Shown one piece after another: positions 29,255-40,938 of a DNA stretch of 64,000 nucleotides; position 1 is the first letter of the stretch; every line of letters begins with the position of its first letter. Under the pieces are notes generated by a model. That model was not told the origin of the DNA, made no database searches, and was given only the letters and a program-made list of their open reading frames with translations. The position numbers were made by a program, and so were the translations under genes. The DNA is from Mycobacterium sp. (lineage in GTDB: Bacteria > Actinomycetota > Actinomycetes > Mycobacteriales > Mycobacteriaceae): positions 3,225-67,224 of the forward strand of contig DATJBA010000122.1 in assembly GCA_035515675.1 (NCBI GenBank). The letters are read 5' to 3'.

Positions 29255-29495
29255 CGAATCAGTTTGGCATCCGCGCGGCTCAACCGGCCTCGCCGGCCAC
29301 CACGATGCGGTAACCGCCGTCCACCGTCCGGGCGCCCCACGTCCAGAACCGTTCGCGCGTCTGACAGCGCCGCATCGATCATTCGGGCGATGCTCGGGTC
29401 CGGATTGCGAAAGGCTGCGTAGCCCGGGCCAATGTCGTCCTAGGCTGCGCGCCTGCTCATGGAGTGACCCTACCCAGGCCGCGCGATGCCACATC

Positions 29496-31049
29496 GTGTC
29501 GCCGTACCATGGCCCCGTGACTTCAATGGTGGCGGAGGCGGCGGGCCTGACCGGGCGCGCGTCAGGGTCGGCGCGCACCTACCAGGTCCGCACCTTTGGC
29601 TGTCAGATGAACGTCCACGATTCCGAGCGGTTGGCGGGCCTGCTGGAAGCGGCCGGCTACCAGCGGGCGGCTGAAGGCGCCGACGCCGACGTGGTGGTCT
29701 TCAACACCTGCGCCGTCCGCGAGAACGCCGATAACAAGCTGTATGGCAACCTCAGTCACCTGGCTCCACGCAAGCGCGGCAATCCCGATATGCAAATCGC
29801 GGTCGGTGGCTGCCTGGCCCAAAAAGACCGAGACGCATTGCTGCGCAAGGCGCCGTGGGTCGACGTCGTCTTCGGCACGCACAACATCGGATCGCTGCCC
29901 ACGCTGCTCGACCGGGCCTGGCACAACAAAGTCGCCCAGGTGGAAATCGCCGAGGCGTTGCAGCAGTTTCCGTCGTCGCTGCCGAGCGCCCGCGAATCCG
30001 CTTATGCCGCCTGGGTTTCCATCTCCGTCGGGTGCAACAACAACTGCACCTTCTGCATCGTCCCGTCGCTGCGGGGTAAGGAGGTCGACCGCAGTCCGGC
30101 CGACATCCTGGCCGAAGTGCAGTCGCTGGTGGACGACGGCGTGCTCGAAGTCACCCTGCTGGGGCAGAACGTCAACGCCTACGGGGTCTCCTTCGCCGAC
30201 CCGGCGCTGCCCCGCGACCGCGGCGCCTTCGCCGGGCTGTTGCGGGCCTGCGGACGTATCGACGGGCTGGAACGCGTGCGGTTCACCTCGCCGCATCCGG
30301 CCGAGTTCACCGACGATGTCATCGAGGCAATGGCGCAGACGCCAAATGTCTGCCCCGCCTTGCATATGCCGCTGCAGTCGGGATCCGACCGGGTTCTGCG
30401 CGCGATGAGGCGCTCTTACCGCGCCGAGCGCTATCTCGGCATCATCGACCGGGTTCGGGCTGCCATGCCACACGCGGCTATCACCACCGATCTGATCGTC
30501 GGATTTCCCGGTGAGACCGAAGAGGACTTCGCGGCCACTCTTGACGTGGTGCGGCAGGCCCGGTTCGCGGCGGCGTTCACCTTCCAGTACTCCAAGCGGC
30601 CCGGCACCGTCGCCGCCGAATATCGGCAGCTGCCGAAAGCCGTTGTGCAGGAACGCTATGAGCGGTTGGTCGAGGTGCAGGAGCAGATCTCGTTGGAGGG
30701 CAATCGCGCGCTGATCGGGCAGACCGTCGAATTGCTGGTCGCCACCGGTGAAGGACGCAAGGACACCCGCACGGCGCGCATGACCGGACGGGCACGCGAC
30801 GGCCGGCTGGTGCACTTCGCCTCAAACAAACCCTGGGACAAACAGGTGCGGCCCGGCGATATCATCACCGCGGTGGTCACCCGGGCCGCGCCGCATCACC
30901 TCATTGCCGACGCGGGCATCCTCACCCACCGCCGCACGCGGGCGGGTGACACCTACGCTGCCGGGCAGCGCCCGAACAGTATCGGTCTTGGCATGCCCGC
31001 GGTTGGGACGTCCGCCGGTCCGGTCGAACCCCTGGGATGTGCCCGATGA
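29496..31049 (+). CDS. miaB: tRNA-2-methylthio-N6-dimethylallyladenosine synthase MiaB
   Basis: [14 protein letters not shown]-terminal cluster, radical-SAM motif [12 protein letters not shown], and a TRAM domain. The start is uncertain (GTG 29496 or ATG 29526). Confidence 0.9.
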   Translation: MSPYHGPVTSMVAEAAGLTGRASGSARTYQVRTFGCQMNVHDSERLAGLLEAAGYQRAAEGADADVVVFNTCAVRENADNKLYGNLSHLAPRKRGNPDMQIAVGGCLAQKDRDALLRKAPWVDVVFGTHNIGSLPTLLDRAWHNKVAQVEIAEALQQFPSSLPSARESAYAAWVSISVGCNNNCTFCIVPSLRGKEVDRSPADILAEVQSLVDDGVLEVTLLGQNVNAYGVSFADPALPRDRGAFAGLLRACGRIDGLERVRFTSPHPAEFTDDVIEAMAQTPNVCPALHMPLQSGSDRVLRAMRRSYRAERYLGIIDRVRAAMPHAAITTDLIVGFPGETEEDFAATLDVVRQARFAAAFTFQYSKRPGTVAAEYRQLPKAVVQERYERLVEVQEQISLEGNRALIGQTVELLVATGEGRKDTRTARMTGRARDGRLVHFASNKPWDKQVRPGDIITAVVTRAAPHHLIADAGILTHRRTRAGDTYAAGQRPNSIGLGMPAVGTSAGPVEPLGCAR

Positions 31050-31696
31050 AGAAAGAACACACGGACTTCGAGGCTCTCCGGGCCGAAATCGAGGCCGCAG
31101 AACGCCGAGTGGCACGTGAGATCGAGCCTGGCCCAAGGGCTTTCGTGGTCGCCATCCTGGTGTTCGTGCTGCTGGGATCGTTCATCCTGCCGCACACCGG
31201 TCATGTGCGGGGATGGGATGTGCTGTTCGGCAGCCACGGCGCCGGCGTCGCCGCGGTGACCCTGCCGTCGCGGGTGTTCGCCTGGCTGGCGCTGGTTTTC
31301 GGCGTCGGTTTCTCGATGCTGGCGCTGCTGACACGGCGCTGGGCGCTGGCCTGGGTTGCGCTGGCGGGTTCGGCGATCGCCGGTGCGGCCGGGCTGTTGG
31401 CTGTCTGGTCGCGCCAAACCGTGGCCGCCGGGCTTCCCGGCCCCGGTGTGGGGCTGATCGTGGCGTGGATCACCGTGATCTTGTTGACGTGTCACTGGGC
31501 CCGCGTGGTGTGGTCGCGGACCATCGTGCAACTTGCGGCCGAGGAGCAGCGGCGCCGGGTTGCTGCGCGGCAGCAGTCGATGACAGTGCTGGACGGCTTG
31601 CAAACCAACCCTGACAGCGCGGCCGGTCGCGATAACCCGGACAGTCCCTGTGACCCGGATGCCCGGACGCCTCCGGATTCCGAGGGCGTCCGCTAG
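31046..31696 (+). CDS. conserved membrane protein (Rv2732c-like)
   Basis: ATG 31046 overlaps the miaB stop (ATGA). There are four predicted TM segments. Confidence 0.7.
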   Translation: MKKEHTDFEALRAEIEAAERRVAREIEPGPRAFVVAILVFVLLGSFILPHTGHVRGWDVLFGSHGAGVAAVTLPSRVFAWLALVFGVGFSMLALLTRRWALAWVALAGSAIAGAAGLLAVWSRQTVAAGLPGPGVGLIVAWITVILLTCHWARVVWSRTIVQLAAEEQRRRVAARQQSMTVLDGLQTNPDSAAGRDNPDSPCDPDARTPPDSEGVR

Positions 31697-33033
31697 GGTC
31701 TGCGGGTCAGCGCCTCAGCGGCTGCTTTAGCCCACTGCCGCCACTGTTCGGCGTTGGCTTTCGCCTCTTCGGCTTCTTTGGTCCGGCCGGCCGCCGCAGC
31801 CTTGCGGGCCTGCTGTTCGTATTGCTCGGCACGAGTTCGGAACTGCTCGGCTCGAGCCTGCGCCTGGGGATCGGACCAATCCGCGTCGCCCGCGTCGCGC
31901 ACCTTCTTCTCGACTGCTCGCAGTCGCCGCTCCAACTCGGCGGACCGTTCCCGCGGCACTCTGCCGATCGCGTCCCATTTTTCAGCGATCGACCGCAGCG
32001 CTGCTCTGGCGGCGTCGTGGCTGCTCGTATCAAGCTTTTCCGCTTCAGCCAGCAGCGCCTCTTTAGCCGTGGCATTGGACCGCAACTCCGCGTCCTTTTC
32101 CGCTGTCGCGGCATTACGAGCTGTGAAGAACGAGTCCTGGGCAGCCTTGAAGCGGCGCCACAGGACATCGTCGACATCTTTGGTCACTCGTCCCGCCGCT
32201 TTCCATTCGGTGAGCAGCTTCCGGAATTCGGCGCTGGTGGCGGTCCAGTCCGTCGAACCGGACAATTCTTCGGCCCGCTCGCAGAGCTGTTCTTTGGACT
32301 GCCGGACCCCGGATCGCTCCCGGTCCAGCTCGGCGAAATGGGATCCGCGCCGCCGGTTGAAGGTTTCCCGGGCCGCTGAATAGCGCTTCCACAACGCGTC
32401 GTCGACTTTTCGGTCCAGACCGCTGATTGTCTTCCACTCGTCGAGGATTGCCCGCAGCCGGTCACCGGCGACTTTCCAATGAGTCGAGTTGGCAGCCAAG
32501 TCCTCGGCCTCGGCGGCCAGCGCCTCCTTGCGGCCGGTCTGGGTGGCCCGATGCTCCTCGCGCCGGGAGCGATCCGCCGCGACGGTGGCGTCGACATGCT
32601 CGATAAGGCTGGTCAACCGGCCTGCGAGCGCGTCGATATCGCCCAGCACGCATGCCGTCGGCAACGTTTCGGTCAGCGCGGACGCGTTGGCTTTGATCTT
32701 GCGGGCGTCACCGGTCCCCGACGCCAGTCGCTCCTCCATGAGCGTGATCTCGGTGCTCAGGTCGTCGAATCGCCGGCCGAAGTAAGCAAATGCGGCTTCC
32801 GGGTCGCCGGCCTGCCAGGAGCCGATGATGCGCTCGCCGGCCGCGCTGAGCAGCCACACCGTGCCGTCGTCGTCGACGCGTCCGAACTGGTGTGGATCGC
32901 TGGGTGGGGGCAGTGCCACCGCGTGAGCGGTGGGTCGCGGCGTCGGCCGGGGACCGGGACGCGGTCCCGGACGTGGCGCCGGCCCCGAAACCGGCCCAGC
33001 TGAGTCGTTGCTGCGGGGCTCGTCAGCCCTCAT
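31693..33033 (-). CDS. DUF349 repeat protein, Ala/Arg-rich (Rv2731-like)
   Basis: Pro-rich N-terminus ([17 protein letters not shown]), then [11 protein letters not shown], then repeated W..ag......d.LW.RF helical units. Confidence 0.8.
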   Translation of the reverse strand: MRADEPRSNDSAGPVSGPAPRPGPRPGPRPTPRPTAHAVALPPPSDPHQFGRVDDDGTVWLLSAAGERIIGSWQAGDPEAAFAYFGRRFDDLSTEITLMEERLASGTGDARKIKANASALTETLPTACVLGDIDALAGRLTSLIEHVDATVAADRSRREEHRATQTGRKEALAAEAEDLAANSTHWKVAGDRLRAILDEWKTISGLDRKVDDALWKRYSAARETFNRRRGSHFAELDRERSGVRQSKEQLCERAEELSGSTDWTATSAEFRKLLTEWKAAGRVTKDVDDVLWRRFKAAQDSFFTARNAATAEKDAELRSNATAKEALLAEAEKLDTSSHDAARAALRSIAEKWDAIGRVPRERSAELERRLRAVEKKVRDAGDADWSDPQAQARAEQFRTRAEQYEQQARKAAAAGRTKEAEEAKANAEQWRQWAKAAAEALTRRP

Positions 33034-33414
33034 GCGCTCGTCACCACCCTTTTGCAACCGTTCCGCGCGGTCAGTGTCCCGCGCACCTGCCGCGCGTAGC
33101 GGCACCCGTACAGTCGGGAGGACTGGCGCGCTCCCTGCCGCCATCACCAGCTGCTCCTCAACCGCTTCCAACAGTATTCAAGCAGCTTGGCAGACCACGC
33201 GCGGCCACGTTTGCCGTGCCCGCTTCGGCTGGCTTCGCAACCCGGCGAAATGCCAGCCGCCGCCCAGCTTGCCTCCTAAGAAGGCTGGCTGGCCGGTGGA
33301 TAACAGTTCGATTCCACCGTCGCTCGGGCCATATTGCGACGTCGCGTAGCCCGGTAACGTGGCTGTGACTATTGGTGTTATTGGGGCTGGAGGGGGCGAA
33401 TCACCATCGCGAAA

Positions 33415-34386
33415 GTGGATCTCGCGGCGTTGCTCGCATTGGTCGCTGCGCTGATATCCGGTGTTGGCGACGTGGTCCGGCAGCGGTCCGCACAGGAAAT
33501 CACCGATGAAGAAGTCGGCCACCTCGAGCTGCTGTGCATATCGTTGCGTGACACCCGCTGGTGGCTGGGAGGGATGGCGGCTGTGGTCAGTGCCGCGCTG
33601 CAAGCGGTGGCGCTGGGGCTCGGGTCGGTGGTGCTGGTGCAGGCACTGCAGGTGACGGCGCTGCTGTTCGCGTTGCCGGTTTATGCGTGGTTGACCAAAA
33701 ACGGGTTGACCCGCCGGCAGTGGGGATGGGCGATACTGCTGGCCGCCGCGGTGGCGGTATTCGTCGCGGTCGGTGAACCGACAGCCGGCTACCAGCGAGC
33801 ATCGCTGCAGAGCTGGGCCGTGGTGGCGGTGGTGATCGGCCCGGCAATCGTGTTCTGTGTGCTGGGCGCGCGGATCTGGTCGGGTCCGGTGGCCGCGGTG
33901 CTGCTGGCTTTGGTATCGGCGGCGTCGTGGGCGTTGTTCGCCGTGCTCACCAAGGGCATTGTCGACGTGCTCGACGGCGGCCCGTGGGCATTGCTGCGCA
34001 CACCGGAGCTGTATTTCTGGTTGCTGGTCGCGGCCCTCGGTGCGGTGTTTCAGCAGTCGTCGTTTCGGGCCAGCGCGCTCACCGCGTCGTTGCCGACAAT
34101 GACGGTGGCTGAGCCGCTGGTGGCCTCGCTGCTGGGGGTCACGGTGCTGGGTGAGAGTCTCGGCGCCGACGGGCTGCAGATAGTTACCTTGGTCGCTGCG
34201 GTAGCGGTGGTGGTTGTCGCGACCACGGCGTTGGCCCGCGGCGGAGCCGCCACGATGGCGGCCTCAGCGGCACGAGGTGCCGCAGCTGGTCGCCTGCCCA
34301 TGACACCATTGGAGGCTGGTTCTCCGGTTCTATCCGGCGTTACCAGCAAGGCCTACGCGTCCCACAGCTCCTACCTAGGTTCGTGA
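33415..34386 (+). CDS. multi-pass membrane protein, DMT-like (Rv2729c-like), paralogue 1
   Basis: About 9-10 TM segments. The conserved N-terminus is GDVVRQRSAQEITDEEVGHLEL. GTG start. Confidence 0.7.
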   Translation: MDLAALLALVAALISGVGDVVRQRSAQEITDEEVGHLELLCISLRDTRWWLGGMAAVVSAALQAVALGLGSVVLVQALQVTALLFALPVYAWLTKNGLTRRQWGWAILLAAAVAVFVAVGEPTAGYQRASLQSWAVVAVVIGPAIVFCVLGARIWSGPVAAVLLALVSAASWALFAVLTKGIVDVLDGGPWALLRTPELYFWLLVAALGAVFQQSSFRASALTASLPTMTVAEPLVASLLGVTVLGESLGADGLQIVTLVAAVAVVVVATTALARGGAATMAASAARGAAAGRLPMTPLEAGSPVLSGVTSKAYASHSSYLGS

Positions 34387-34537
34387 GCTAGGTATTGAGG
34401 ATGTTTGCGCGCAGGACTACTTCGTCCGAGTTGGTGCGCGTGAGGGTGCGCACACAGGGGAAATGTTTACGAAACGGGTAGTGAATACCCTGTGTACATA
34501 ATGGCTGCCGGGCCGGACGTGGGGGAGGAGGTCGCAG

Positions 34538-35584
34538 ATGACGAAAGAGGATATCGCGGTTATTGTCCTCGCCCTACTCGCCGCGTTCGCATCCGCAATC
34601 GGCAATGTCGTCCGTCAGCGGTCCGCGCAGGAGATCACCGACAAAGACGTCGGTCACCTTGAGCTCTTCCGCTTGTCGGTGCGCGATGTCCGGTGGTGGA
34701 CGGGCGCCGGAGGGGCGGTCGCTAATTACGGGTTGCAGGCCGCGGCGCTGGCGCTGGGATCGGTGGTTCTGGTGACAGCGCTGCAGGTGACCGCACTGCT
34801 GTTTGCGTTGCCGATCTACGCGTATCTGAGCCGACGCAGGGTGACCCGCTGGGAGTGGACCTGGGCAGTACTGCTGGCCAGCGCATTGGCGGTGGTCGTC
34901 ACCGTCGGCGACCCCGATGCCGGCGCGTCCCGAGGGTCGCTGGGAACCTGGGCGGTGGTGGCTCTGATCATGGGCCCCGTGTTGGTGTTCTGCGTGCTGG
35001 GTGCGCGGATCTGGTCGGGCTCGGTGGCCGCGGTGCTGCTGGCTGTGGTCGCCGGCTCGTCTTTGGCGCTGTTCGCCGCGCTGACCAAGGCGGTGGTAGA
35101 TGCGGCCGGAGGCGGCCTTGGCGCCGTGTTCCGTACACCGGAGTTCTATTTCTGGATACCGGCCGCGCTGGCCGGAATGATCTTTCAGCAATCGTCGTTC
35201 CGCGCCGGTCCGCTGACCGCCTCGCTGCCGACGTCGGTCGTGGCCAAGCCGTTGGTCGGTTCGATACTTGGCATCGCTGTGCTCGGCGAGACGTTGGACA
35301 CCGCTGGGCCAAAGGCGTTTGTACTGGCCGCAGGGGTTTTATTGGTGTTTGTCGCTACCGTTGCGCTGGCTCGTGGCGAAGCCGCGACTATGTCGATGAA
35401 GGTTGCGGAGAAACTGTCGAAAAAAGCGTCGGGGAAAGCCGCGCAGAAGGCGGCTGACGGCGGCCGCGACGCGAAGACCACCGACTCGCTTGCCGAACCG
35501 GTTGAGCTTCGGCCTGCCGACGAGCCCGCTGAGCTTCCGGGTCGTACCGACTGCTTGCAGGGGCGAGCAGGCCAATCGGCCTAG
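34538..35584 (+). CDS. multi-pass membrane protein, DMT-like, paralogue 2 with a Lys/Ala-rich C-terminal tail
   Basis: Co-linear with 33415-34386 and roughly two-thirds identical by eye. It has a strong SD (GGGGGAGGAGG). The extra tail is about 65 aa (KVAEKLSKKASGKAAQKAADGG...). Confidence 0.7.
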   Translation: MTKEDIAVIVLALLAAFASAIGNVVRQRSAQEITDKDVGHLELFRLSVRDVRWWTGAGGAVANYGLQAAALALGSVVLVTALQVTALLFALPIYAYLSRRRVTRWEWTWAVLLASALAVVVTVGDPDAGASRGSLGTWAVVALIMGPVLVFCVLGARIWSGSVAAVLLAVVAGSSLALFAALTKAVVDAAGGGLGAVFRTPEFYFWIPAALAGMIFQQSSFRAGPLTASLPTSVVAKPLVGSILGIAVLGETLDTAGPKAFVLAAGVLLVFVATVALARGEAATMSMKVAEKLSKKASGKAAQKAADGGRDAKTTDSLAEPVELRPADEPAELPGRTDCLQGRAGQSA

Positions 35585-35622
35585 CGCCCGCGACCGGTAG
35601 CGCCGCAAGTTAGTTTGGTCGC

Positions 35623-36327
35623 GTGCTGAGCGCCATCGCGATCGTTCCGTCCGCGCCGGTGCTTGTTCCCGAGCTCGCCGGAGCAGCCGCCGCCGAGGTG
35701 GCCGATCTGGCTGCGGCGGTGCTGGCAGCGGCCGCCTTGTTGCCACCGCGCTGGATGGTCGTCGGAACGGGCCTGGCCGACGACCTACTGGGTCCCAACG
35801 GTCCAAACTCCCTGGGCACTTTTGCCGGCTTCGGTGCTGACGTCCGGGTTCGGCTCTCCCCGCCGGCCGGTGACGGCGCTGAGTTGCCGGTCGAATTGCC
35901 CGTGTGCGCGCTGCTCGCCGCCTGGGTGCGCGGCCAGGTCAGGCCCGAAGCCAGCGCGCAGGTCCGCGTCTACTGCAGCGGCCATGACGCCGATACAGCG
36001 CTGGCCCGCGGCAGGCAATTGCGCGCCGAGATCGACCAGGCGCCGGATCCGATCGGCGTGCTGGTCGTGGCCGACGGCGCGAACACCCTGACGCCGGCCG
36101 CCCCCGGCGGCTATGACCCGGGCAACGCCGAGGCGCAACTGGCCCTGGACGGCGCGCTGGCAAACGGCGACGTCGCCGCCTTGACCCGGCTGCCGCAGCA
36201 GATCCTGGGGCGGGTCGCGTTCCAGGTGCTGGCCGGCCTGACCGAGCCGGGGCCGCGATCGGCCAAAGAGCTCTACCGGGGAGCGCCCTTCGGTGTGGGC
36301 TACTTCGCCGGCGCCTGGCAGCCATGA
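35623..36327 (+). CDS. conserved alanine-rich protein (Rv2728c-like)
   Basis: Its position is immediately upstream of miaA and coupled to it (ATGA). Third-position G+C is high. I cannot assign a function. Confidence 0.6.
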   Translation: MLSAIAIVPSAPVLVPELAGAAAAEVADLAAAVLAAAALLPPRWMVVGTGLADDLLGPNGPNSLGTFAGFGADVRVRLSPPAGDGAELPVELPVCALLAAWVRGQVRPEASAQVRVYCSGHDADTALARGRQLRAEIDQAPDPIGVLVVADGANTLTPAAPGGYDPGNAEAQLALDGALANGDVAALTRLPQQILGRVAFQVLAGLTEPGPRSAKELYRGAPFGVGYFAGAWQP

Positions 36328-37253
36328 GACCACTCGCGATTATCGGGCCGACTGGTACCGGCAAGTCGCAACTGGCGCTCGACGTCGTCGAGCGGCTCAG
36401 CGGCGAGGTCAACGCGGAAATTGTGAACGCCGACGCGATGCAGCTGTATCGCGGAATGGACATCGGCACTGCCAAGCTGCCCGTCGAACAGCGCCGCGGC
36501 ATTCCGCATCATCAACTCGACGTCCTGAACGTCACCGAGACCGCGACCGTCGCCCGCTACCAGCGGGCTGCCGCCGCGGATATCGAAGCGATCGCGGCCC
36601 GGGGCGCGGTGCCGGTGGTGGTGGGCGGTTCGATGCTCTACGTCCAATCGCTGCTCGATGACTGGTCATTTCCCGCGACCGATCCTGCGGTGCGGGCGCG
36701 CTGGGAGCAGCGGCTTGCCGAGGTCGGGGTGGGCAGTCTGCACGCTGAGCTGGCCCGCCGCGACCCGGCCGCGGCTGCGACGATCCTGCCCACCGACGGC
36801 CGGCGCACGGTGCGGGCACTTGAAGTGGTCGAGTTGACCGGGCGGCCGTTCGCCGCGTCTGCGCCGCGCATCGGCGCTCCGCGCTGGGGCACCGTCATCG
36901 TCGGGTTAGACTGTGACACAACGATTCTCGATGAGAGACTGGCGCGGCGCACCGACATGATGTTCGATCAGGGCCTGGTCGACGAGGTACGCACATTGCT
37001 GGGCGACGGCCTGCGCGAAGGGGTCACCGCCTCGCGCGCCCTGGGCTACGCCCAAGTGCTCGCGGCACTCGACGCGGGCGGTGGAGCAGATCGTCTGCGT
37101 GACGCGCGAGAGCAGACTTACTTGGGCACCCGACGCTACGTGCGGCGGCAGCGGTCGTGGTTTCGCCGGGACCACCGGGTGCACTGGCTCGACGCGGCCG
37201 ACCGCGCCCGCATCGTCGACAGCGCGTTGCAGGCGCGGCGGCAAGTACCCTGA
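36324..37253 (+). CDS. miaA: tRNA dimethylallyltransferase MiaA
   Basis: [22 protein letters not shown]-loop and [16 protein letters not shown]. Confidence 0.95.
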   Translation: MRPLAIIGPTGTGKSQLALDVVERLSGEVNAEIVNADAMQLYRGMDIGTAKLPVEQRRGIPHHQLDVLNVTETATVARYQRAAAADIEAIAARGAVPVVVGGSMLYVQSLLDDWSFPATDPAVRARWEQRLAEVGVGSLHAELARRDPAAAATILPTDGRRTVRALEVVELTGRPFAASAPRIGAPRWGTVIVGLDCDTTILDERLARRTDMMFDQGLVDEVRTLLGDGLREGVTASRALGYAQVLAALDAGGGADRLRDAREQTYLGTRRYVRRQRSWFRRDHRVHWLDAADRARIVDSALQARRQVP

Positions 37254-37257
37254 TCTG

Positions 37258-38142
37258 GTGATCTTCGCCAAGGGCCACGGCACCGAAAACGACTTCGTGC
37301 TGCTGCCCGACATCGACGCCGAGCTGACGCTCACCGCCGCCCTGGTGGCCGCGTTGTGCGACCGGCGCCGGGGATTAGGTGCCGACGGGGTGCTGCGGAT
37401 TACCACCGCGCGCGCCGCTGTGGCGGCCGGTGTGCTCGATCGCCTGCCCGACGGCGTCGGCGCGGACGACTGGTATATGGACTACCGCAACGCCGACGGG
37501 TCTGCCGCGCAGATGTGTGGCAACGGCGTGCGGGTGTTCGCGCATTACCTGCGTGCCAGTGGCTTGGAGCACCGCGACGAGTTCATCGTCGGGTCACTGG
37601 CCGGCCCGCGACTGGTCACTCTGCATCACGTCGAGGAGGCCAACGCCGATGTCAGCGTCGACATGGGCAAGGCCAACCGGCTCGGCAGTGTCGGCGAGGC
37701 CTTTGAGGTCACAGTCGGCGGCAGGCGGTTTGCCGGCCTGGCGGTAGACGTGGGCAACCCGCACCTGGCCTGCTTGGATCGGCAGCTGAGTATCGAAGAG
37801 CTGGCAGCACTGGATGTGGGTGCTCCGGTGCACTTCGACGGTGCCCTGTTCCCGGACGGCGTCAACGTCGAAGTGCTCACCGCCCCGGCCGGCGAATTGG
37901 TGCACATGCGGGTCCACGAGCGCGGGGTGGGTGAAACCCGCTCATGCGGTACCGGAACGGTCGCGGCCGCGGTCGCCGCGTTGGCCGATGCCGGCGCCGA
38001 CACCGGCACGCTGACCGTGCGGGTGCCTGGCGGTGACGTCGTGGTCACCATCACCGACGCCACTAGCTACCTGCGTGGACCGTCCGTGCTGGTGGCCCGC
38101 GGCGAAGTCAATGGGGAATGGTGGCGCGCACAAGAGCGTTAA
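37258..38142 (+). CDS. dapF: diaminopimelate epimerase
   Basis: [18 protein letters not shown], plus the two active-site Cys contexts MCGNGVR and SCGTGT. Confidence 0.95.
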   Translation: MIFAKGHGTENDFVLLPDIDAELTLTAALVAALCDRRRGLGADGVLRITTARAAVAAGVLDRLPDGVGADDWYMDYRNADGSAAQMCGNGVRVFAHYLRASGLEHRDEFIVGSLAGPRLVTLHHVEEANADVSVDMGKANRLGSVGEAFEVTVGGRRFAGLAVDVGNPHLACLDRQLSIEELAALDVGAPVHFDGALFPDGVNVEVLTAPAGELVHMRVHERGVGETRSCGTGTVAAAVAALADAGADTGTLTVRVPGGDVVVTITDATSYLRGPSVLVARGEVNGEWWRAQER

Positions 38143-38188
38143 TTCGCCTGCACGACGCAGGTTCGGCGTGCACTATTGCTAATTGCCT

Positions 38189-39652
38189 ATGACATATCCC
38201 GAAATTCCCAACCGCGATCAGCCGGTTGCTCAGTCGGTTTCAGAGCCCAGCGCCGGCGACCTTGCCCTCGAAGAGCGGTCGGCGCTGCGCCGGGTTGCCG
38301 GGCTGTCGACTGAACTGGCCGACGTCTCCGAGGTCGAATACCGACAGCTACGGCTGGAACGCGTGGTGTTGGTGGGGGTGTGGACCGAGGGCAGCGCCGT
38401 GGACAACCAGGCGAGCATGGCCGAGCTGGCAGCCCTGGCCGAGACCGCCGGCTCGCAGGTGCTCGAAGGGCTCATCCAGCGCCGCGACCGGCCCGACCCG
38501 TCGACCTATATCGGCTCGGGCAAGGCGGCCGAGCTGCGTGAAGTGGTTCTGGCGACCGGCGCCGACACCGTCATCTGCGATGGTGAACTTTCCCCGGCGC
38601 AGCTGACCGCGCTGGAAAAGGCCGTGAAGGTCAAAGTCATCGACCGCACCGCGTTGATCCTGGACATCTTCGCCCAGCACGCCACCAGCCGGGAGGGCAA
38701 AGCGCAGGTGTCGCTCGCCCAGATGGAGTACATGCTGCCGCGGCTACGTGGTTGGGGTGAGTCGATGTCTCGGCAGGCCGGTGGCCGCGCTGGCGGCAGT
38801 GGAGGAGGGGTGGGCCTGCGTGGTCCCGGTGAGACCAAGATCGAGACCGACCGCCGCCGTATCCGCGAACGGATGGCCAAGCTGCGCCGCGATATCAAGG
38901 ACATGAAACAGGCCCGTGACACTCAGCGCAGCCGTCGGCTGCACAGCGACATCCCCTCGATCGCCATCGTCGGCTACACCAACGCCGGCAAGTCCAGCCT
39001 GCTCAACGCGCTGACCGGGGCGGGGGTGCTGGTTCAGGACGCGTTGTTCGCCACGCTGGAACCCGCCACCCGACGCGCGGCGTTCGACCCAGATTTGAAA
39101 GGGGCGCGGTCCTTCCTCCTGACCGACACCGTCGGGTTTGTCCGGCACCTGCCCACCCAGCTGGTCGAGGCGTTTCGCTCCACGCTGGAGGAGGTCGTCG
39201 ACGCCGATTTGCTGGTGCACGTGGTCGACGGCTCCAACGTCAACCCGCTGGCCCAGATCAATGCGGTCCGTCAGGTGATCTCCGAAGTCTTTGCCGACTA
39301 CAAGGCCGACCACAACGCTGGTCCGCCGCCTGAACTGCTGGTGGTGAACAAGGTCGACGCCGCGAGCGATCTGATGCTGGCCAAGCTTCGTCACGCGCTG
39401 CCTGGCGCGGTGTTCGTCTCCGCACGCACCGGCGATGGTATCGACGCTTTGCGGCGGCGGATGGCCGAGCTTGCGGTTCCCGCCGACACCGCCGTGGATG
39501 TGGTGATCCCGTATGACCGGGGTGACCTGGTGGCCCGCCTGCACGCCGATGGGCGCGTCCAGCAGCAGGAGCACAACGCCGACGGAACCCGGATCAAGGC
39601 CCGGGTTCCGGTGGCGCTGGCCGCCATCCTGCGGGAGTTCTCCGCTTACTAA
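38189..39652 (+). CDS. hflX: GTPase HflX
   Basis: HflX N-domain, then G1 GYTNAGKSSLLNALT, G3 DTVGF and G4 NKVD. Confidence 0.95.
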   Translation: MTYPEIPNRDQPVAQSVSEPSAGDLALEERSALRRVAGLSTELADVSEVEYRQLRLERVVLVGVWTEGSAVDNQASMAELAALAETAGSQVLEGLIQRRDRPDPSTYIGSGKAAELREVVLATGADTVICDGELSPAQLTALEKAVKVKVIDRTALILDIFAQHATSREGKAQVSLAQMEYMLPRLRGWGESMSRQAGGRAGGSGGGVGLRGPGETKIETDRRRIRERMAKLRRDIKDMKQARDTQRSRRLHSDIPSIAIVGYTNAGKSSLLNALTGAGVLVQDALFATLEPATRRAAFDPDLKGARSFLLTDTVGFVRHLPTQLVEAFRSTLEEVVDADLLVHVVDGSNVNPLAQINAVRQVISEVFADYKADHNAGPPPELLVVNKVDAASDLMLAKLRHALPGAVFVSARTGDGIDALRRRMAELAVPADTAVDVVIPYDRGDLVARLHADGRVQQQEHNADGTRIKARVPVALAAILREFSAY

Positions 39653-39777
39653 TAAGGCCGCACCGCCGAGAACTCATCGACGCCGTCGGCGCAACCCTAA
39701 GCGACCCACCAGCTGCTGACCAACCGTATGGTTGATATATGTTGGGCGGCAGAGTTCCCATTCGCCGGAGGTCATCC

Positions 39778-40938
39778 ATGAGCAGTGCCCTCAAGTACCA
39801 GCGCACTCTTTTTGATCCCGAGCATGAATTGTTCCGCGCGTCCTACCGGGGCTTCCTCGATCGCCACGTCGCGCCGTATCACGACGAATGGGAGAAGGCG
39901 AAGATTGTCGACCGGGGTGTGTGGCTCGAGGCCGGCAAGCAGGGCTTCCTTGGCATGGCGGTGCCCGAGGAGTACGGCGGCGGCGGTAACCCGGATTTCC
40001 GGTACAACACGATCATCACCGAGGAAACCACCGCCGGGCGCTACAGCGGGATCGGTTTCGGCTTGCACAACGATATCGTGGCGCCCTACCTGCTGGCGCT
40101 GGCCACCGAAGAGCAGAAGCAGCGCTGGTTGCCCAAGTTCTGCACCGGGGAGCTGATCACCGCGATCGCGATGACCGAGCCGGGAACCGGCAGCGACTTG
40201 CAAGGCATCAAGACACGCGCGGTCAAACACGGCGATCACTACCTGCTCAACGGATCAAAGACTTTCATCACCAACGGAATCAACTCCGACCTGGTGATCG
40301 TGGTAGCGCAGACCGATCCAGACAAGGGAGCGCAAGGCTTTTCGCTGCTCGTTGTCGAACGCGGCATGGAGGGCTTTGAACGTGGCCGCCATTTGGACAA
40401 GATCGGACTGGATGCGCAGGACACCGCCGAGTTGTCGTTCACCGATGTCAAGGTTCCGGCCGAAAACCTGCTCGGCGAGGAGGGTATGGGGTTCATCTAC
40501 CTCATGCAGAACCTTCCGCAGGAACGGATCTCGATCGCGATCATCGCGGCCGCGGCGATGGAGCAGGTACTGGAACAGACACTGCAATACACCAAGGAGC
40601 GCAAAGCCTTCGGCAAGCCGATCGGCAGCTTCCAGAACAGCCTTTTCGTGCTCGCGGAGCTGGCGACCGAGGCCACCGTGGTGCGCATAATGGTCGACGA
40701 GTTCATCCGGTTGCACCTGGACAAGAAGCTAACGGCTGAACAAGCCGCAATGGCCAAGTGGTACGCCAGCGAAAAGCAGGTGCACCTGATCGACCGCTGT
40801 CTGCAGCTGCACGGTGGCTACGGCTACATGCGCGAATACCCTGTCGCCCGCGCCTATCTCGATGCCCGAGTGCAGACGATCTACGGCGGCACCACCGAGA
40901 TCATGAAGGAGATCATCGGCCGCAGCCTCGGGGTCTAG
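39778..40938 (+). CDS. fadE20: acyl-CoA dehydrogenase (FadE20-like)
   Basis: ACAD signatures (AMTEPGTGSDL, QLHGGYGYMREYPVARAYLDARVQTIYGGTTEIMKEIIGR). The 386 aa match the size I recall for Rv2724c. Confidence 0.9.
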   Translation: MSSALKYQRTLFDPEHELFRASYRGFLDRHVAPYHDEWEKAKIVDRGVWLEAGKQGFLGMAVPEEYGGGGNPDFRYNTIITEETTAGRYSGIGFGLHNDIVAPYLLALATEEQKQRWLPKFCTGELITAIAMTEPGTGSDLQGIKTRAVKHGDHYLLNGSKTFITNGINSDLVIVVAQTDPDKGAQGFSLLVVERGMEGFERGRHLDKIGLDAQDTAELSFTDVKVPAENLLGEEGMGFIYLMQNLPQERISIAIIAAAAMEQVLEQTLQYTKERKAFGKPIGSFQNSLFVLAELATEATVVRIMVDEFIRLHLDKKLTAEQAAMAKWYASEKQVHLIDRCLQLHGGYGYMREYPVARAYLDARVQTIYGGTTEIMKEIIGRSLGV

